DNA from: Schmidtea polychroa | Lineage: Eukaryota | DNA: 64,000 nucleotides | Direction: 5' to 3' | Assembly: GCA_044892525.1 (NCBI GenBank) | Contig: CM097885.1 | Coordinates: 22,074,001 to 22,138,000 of the forward strand | In this document: one piece after another, positions 62,184 through 64,000 of the stretch | Layout: each line of letters begins with the position of its first letter | Numbering within the stretch: the stretch's first letter is position 1 | Notes under the pieces: model-generated | Database searches by the model: none | Seen by the model: the letters and a program-made list of their open reading frames with translations, nothing else | Told to the model about the DNA's origin: nothing | Program-made: the position numbers and the translations under genes

Positions 62184-63476
62184 ATGGATCTAAAAATGGA
62201 TTTAACTGGCGACCACGCCGAAAATCAAAATATCAACGCCATTTCGAAATCGACAAAATCGCTAATGGAATGCCTACCGAAATCATGCCAAGACATGCTC
62301 ACACTGAACATCAGACGATATGATGGACGAGGTTTAAAAGAAGCCGAAGAATGGATCAGAGATATAGAAGAATGGTTGCTGAGAAATGGACAGCGATTGA
62401 CAAGCACTTTCGATGTGTTATTAGTGGCAAAAGCAAAGACATTGTGGGAAAACGTCAGAGAAACAGAAACAACAGATGTAAAAGCCAAAGCGTGGTTCTT
62501 AAATACGTTCACAATTACAAAATCTATAACTGACAAAATCAGAGAATTGGCAGCTATGGAACAGGAAAATGATGAAAGGTTTGCAGCTTTTGAGATACGG
62601 CTAAGAAAAGCTTTAGCTGAAGCTGTAAATTCAGGACGATCAGAAGAAGATATTGTTCAAGACCTCATCGCAAATAAAGCACGCGATGCGAGACTGAGGG
62701 AGATACTATTGACAAAACCAGAAACAAAAATTGAAGAAACGAGATCATTGGCGAAAATTTTTGAAAGTAACAAAATTGGAAACCATAAAACAGAATTTGT
62801 TAAAGCAATCGGTCAAAGAACATACGCTAGCGTGACTGAGGGAGTGCAGATGAGAATTCGACAGAATACCCAAAATCCCATGCCTACATCACCACAAAGA
62901 AGGCAATCAGAAGATCGATTTAGTCACCACAGATCAAGAAGAGACGAATATCCTATACGCGGACCAATACAATATGAAGGAAATAACCATGGTCGTCGAG
63001 AACAATCTCCAAGAGAACAATTCTTGAGAAATGCGAGAATCCCGAATAGCTCAGAAAGGAAGCTGCCGACAATATCCATGAAGAATATAGCAAGGAGGCT
63101 GTACAACGAAAGTATAGTAGTACCACAAGCATCGGTAGGTGATTGTTTTTGCTGTGGCAAAAGGGGAATTAGAAGGTATGAGTGTCCACTGGGAAATAAA
63201 TGCCTGATATGTGGCAAGGAAGGTCACGGTTTCCGAGATTGTTTTTCGTTACGGAAAGAGGTTCCACACCGATATCAAAGGATAGCGTGCATAGAAGAAG
63301 AAGATTCAAAATCTGAAAGAAGAGATTACACCGAGAACAGCCAGGATTTCAGAACTGCTCACAGCGACATGGAAGATAGATACAATGTCCCTGAAAAATA
63401 TACTATATTGAGAGAAGACCAAAAAAACAACAGCGACTCCATGGGTTTCATTTCGTCGGTGGAGTCAAGACAATAA
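62184..63476 (+). CDS. gag: Gypsy-type Gag
   Basis: Capsid-like YDG...WI...E, QENDERFAAFEIRLR; knuckles CFCCGKRGIRRYEC and CLICGKEGHGFRDC. Confidence 0.88.
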   Translation: MDLKMDLTGDHAENQNINAISKSTKSLMECLPKSCQDMLTLNIRRYDGRGLKEAEEWIRDIEEWLLRNGQRLTSTFDVLLVAKAKTLWENVRETETTDVKAKAWFLNTFTITKSITDKIRELAAMEQENDERFAAFEIRLRKALAEAVNSGRSEEDIVQDLIANKARDARLREILLTKPETKIEETRSLAKIFESNKIGNHKTEFVKAIGQRTYASVTEGVQMRIRQNTQNPMPTSPQRRQSEDRFSHHRSRRDEYPIRGPIQYEGNNHGRREQSPREQFLRNARIPNSSERKLPTISMKNIARRLYNESIVVPQASVGDCFCCGKRGIRRYECPLGNKCLICGKEGHGFRDCFSLRKEVPHRYQRIACIEEEDSKSERRDYTENSQDFRTAHSDMEDRYNVPEKYTILREDQKNNSDSMGFISSVESRQ

Positions 63477-63503
63477 ATTGTGAAATAAGAAATGAACGAC
63501 GAA
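63422..63503 (+). promoter_or_regulatory. -1 programmed ribosomal frameshift signal
   Basis: A AAA AAC in the gag frame, 6 nt spacer, stem GACTCCA/TGGAGTC, and loop TTCGTCG complementary to CGACGAA at 63497. Confidence 0.8.
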
Positions 63504-64000
63504 GAGGCGAGGCAGAAGAAGAGATGTACCAGACGAAAGATGGAAGAAATTGGAGTAAAATAATGTTGAATAATGCCGAAACAGAGATGTTATGGGATTC
63601 TGGAGCATCAGTAACAGTCATGAGCAAGAGTTTGTGGGAGAAAATCGGCAAACCAGAACTTAAACGTAGTATGATATTATTGTGCGGAGTTTTTTCAACT
63701 GGAGGTGAAGAAGCAATGGGATACATGACTATACCGGCCACATGGAATCAGAAGACCAAAATAATCACAGTAGTAGTGGTAAAAGAGATCAAACCAGAAT
63801 TCATAGGGGGCATTGATACAATGAAAGAGTTTGGAGTAAAGTTAGTGAAAATCAGTAATATAGAAACGTCATTGATAAACAAAATTTACACTGATGAAGA
63901 AAGAATAAATAAAGCACTAGTGGCGATGGCAGGTGACAATAATAAAGATATTGAAGGAATGATCAGGGAATACGGCGGAATTTTTATGGCATCGAAATTC
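63422..64000 (+). CDS. pol: Pol N-terminus (protease), -1 frame relative to gag, runs off the window
   Basis: Open frame with MLWDSGASVTVMS and FIGGIDTM. Confidence 0.88.

Overview
Very AT-rich eukaryotic genomic DNA, almost entirely nested mobile elements. The (AAT)n tracts, 39-48 nt introns and element repertoire suggest an invertebrate, plausibly a planarian flatworm (inference). (1) 1-13037 is a ~13 kb near-perfect palindrome. Each arm carries a Polinton/Maverick-type protein-primed DNA polymerase B and no other Polinton gene. It is centred on an 874 bp mini-element with AGTAGTA termini. (2) 13038-21208 is a 5'-truncated, degenerate Gypsy-like polyprotein with an unusual order: Bcl-2-like domain, AYDC-type class III envelope glycoprotein, PR, RT, RH, INT (tandemly duplicated), then an FN3-like ectodomain with a TM helix and a PDZ-type tail. 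(3) 22578-23282 is a disrupted soluble guanylate cyclase exon, cut by (4) a second, gene-less ~9 kb foldback (23283-32122) that shares the terminal block of the first palindrome. (5) Two paralogous 3-exon genes for small SSB-like OB-fold proteins with mitochondrial-presequence-like N-termini lie at 38184-38610 (+) and 55336-55776 (-); neither is in the ORF track. (6) The rest comprises an IAP-type RING relic, piggyBac, a hATm-like element, MITEs, a Penelope element with hammerhead-like motifs, solo LTRs, GC-rich orphan ORFs, and a Gypsy gag-pol with a clear -1 frameshift signal at the right edge. All calls come from manual reading; no database searches were run.
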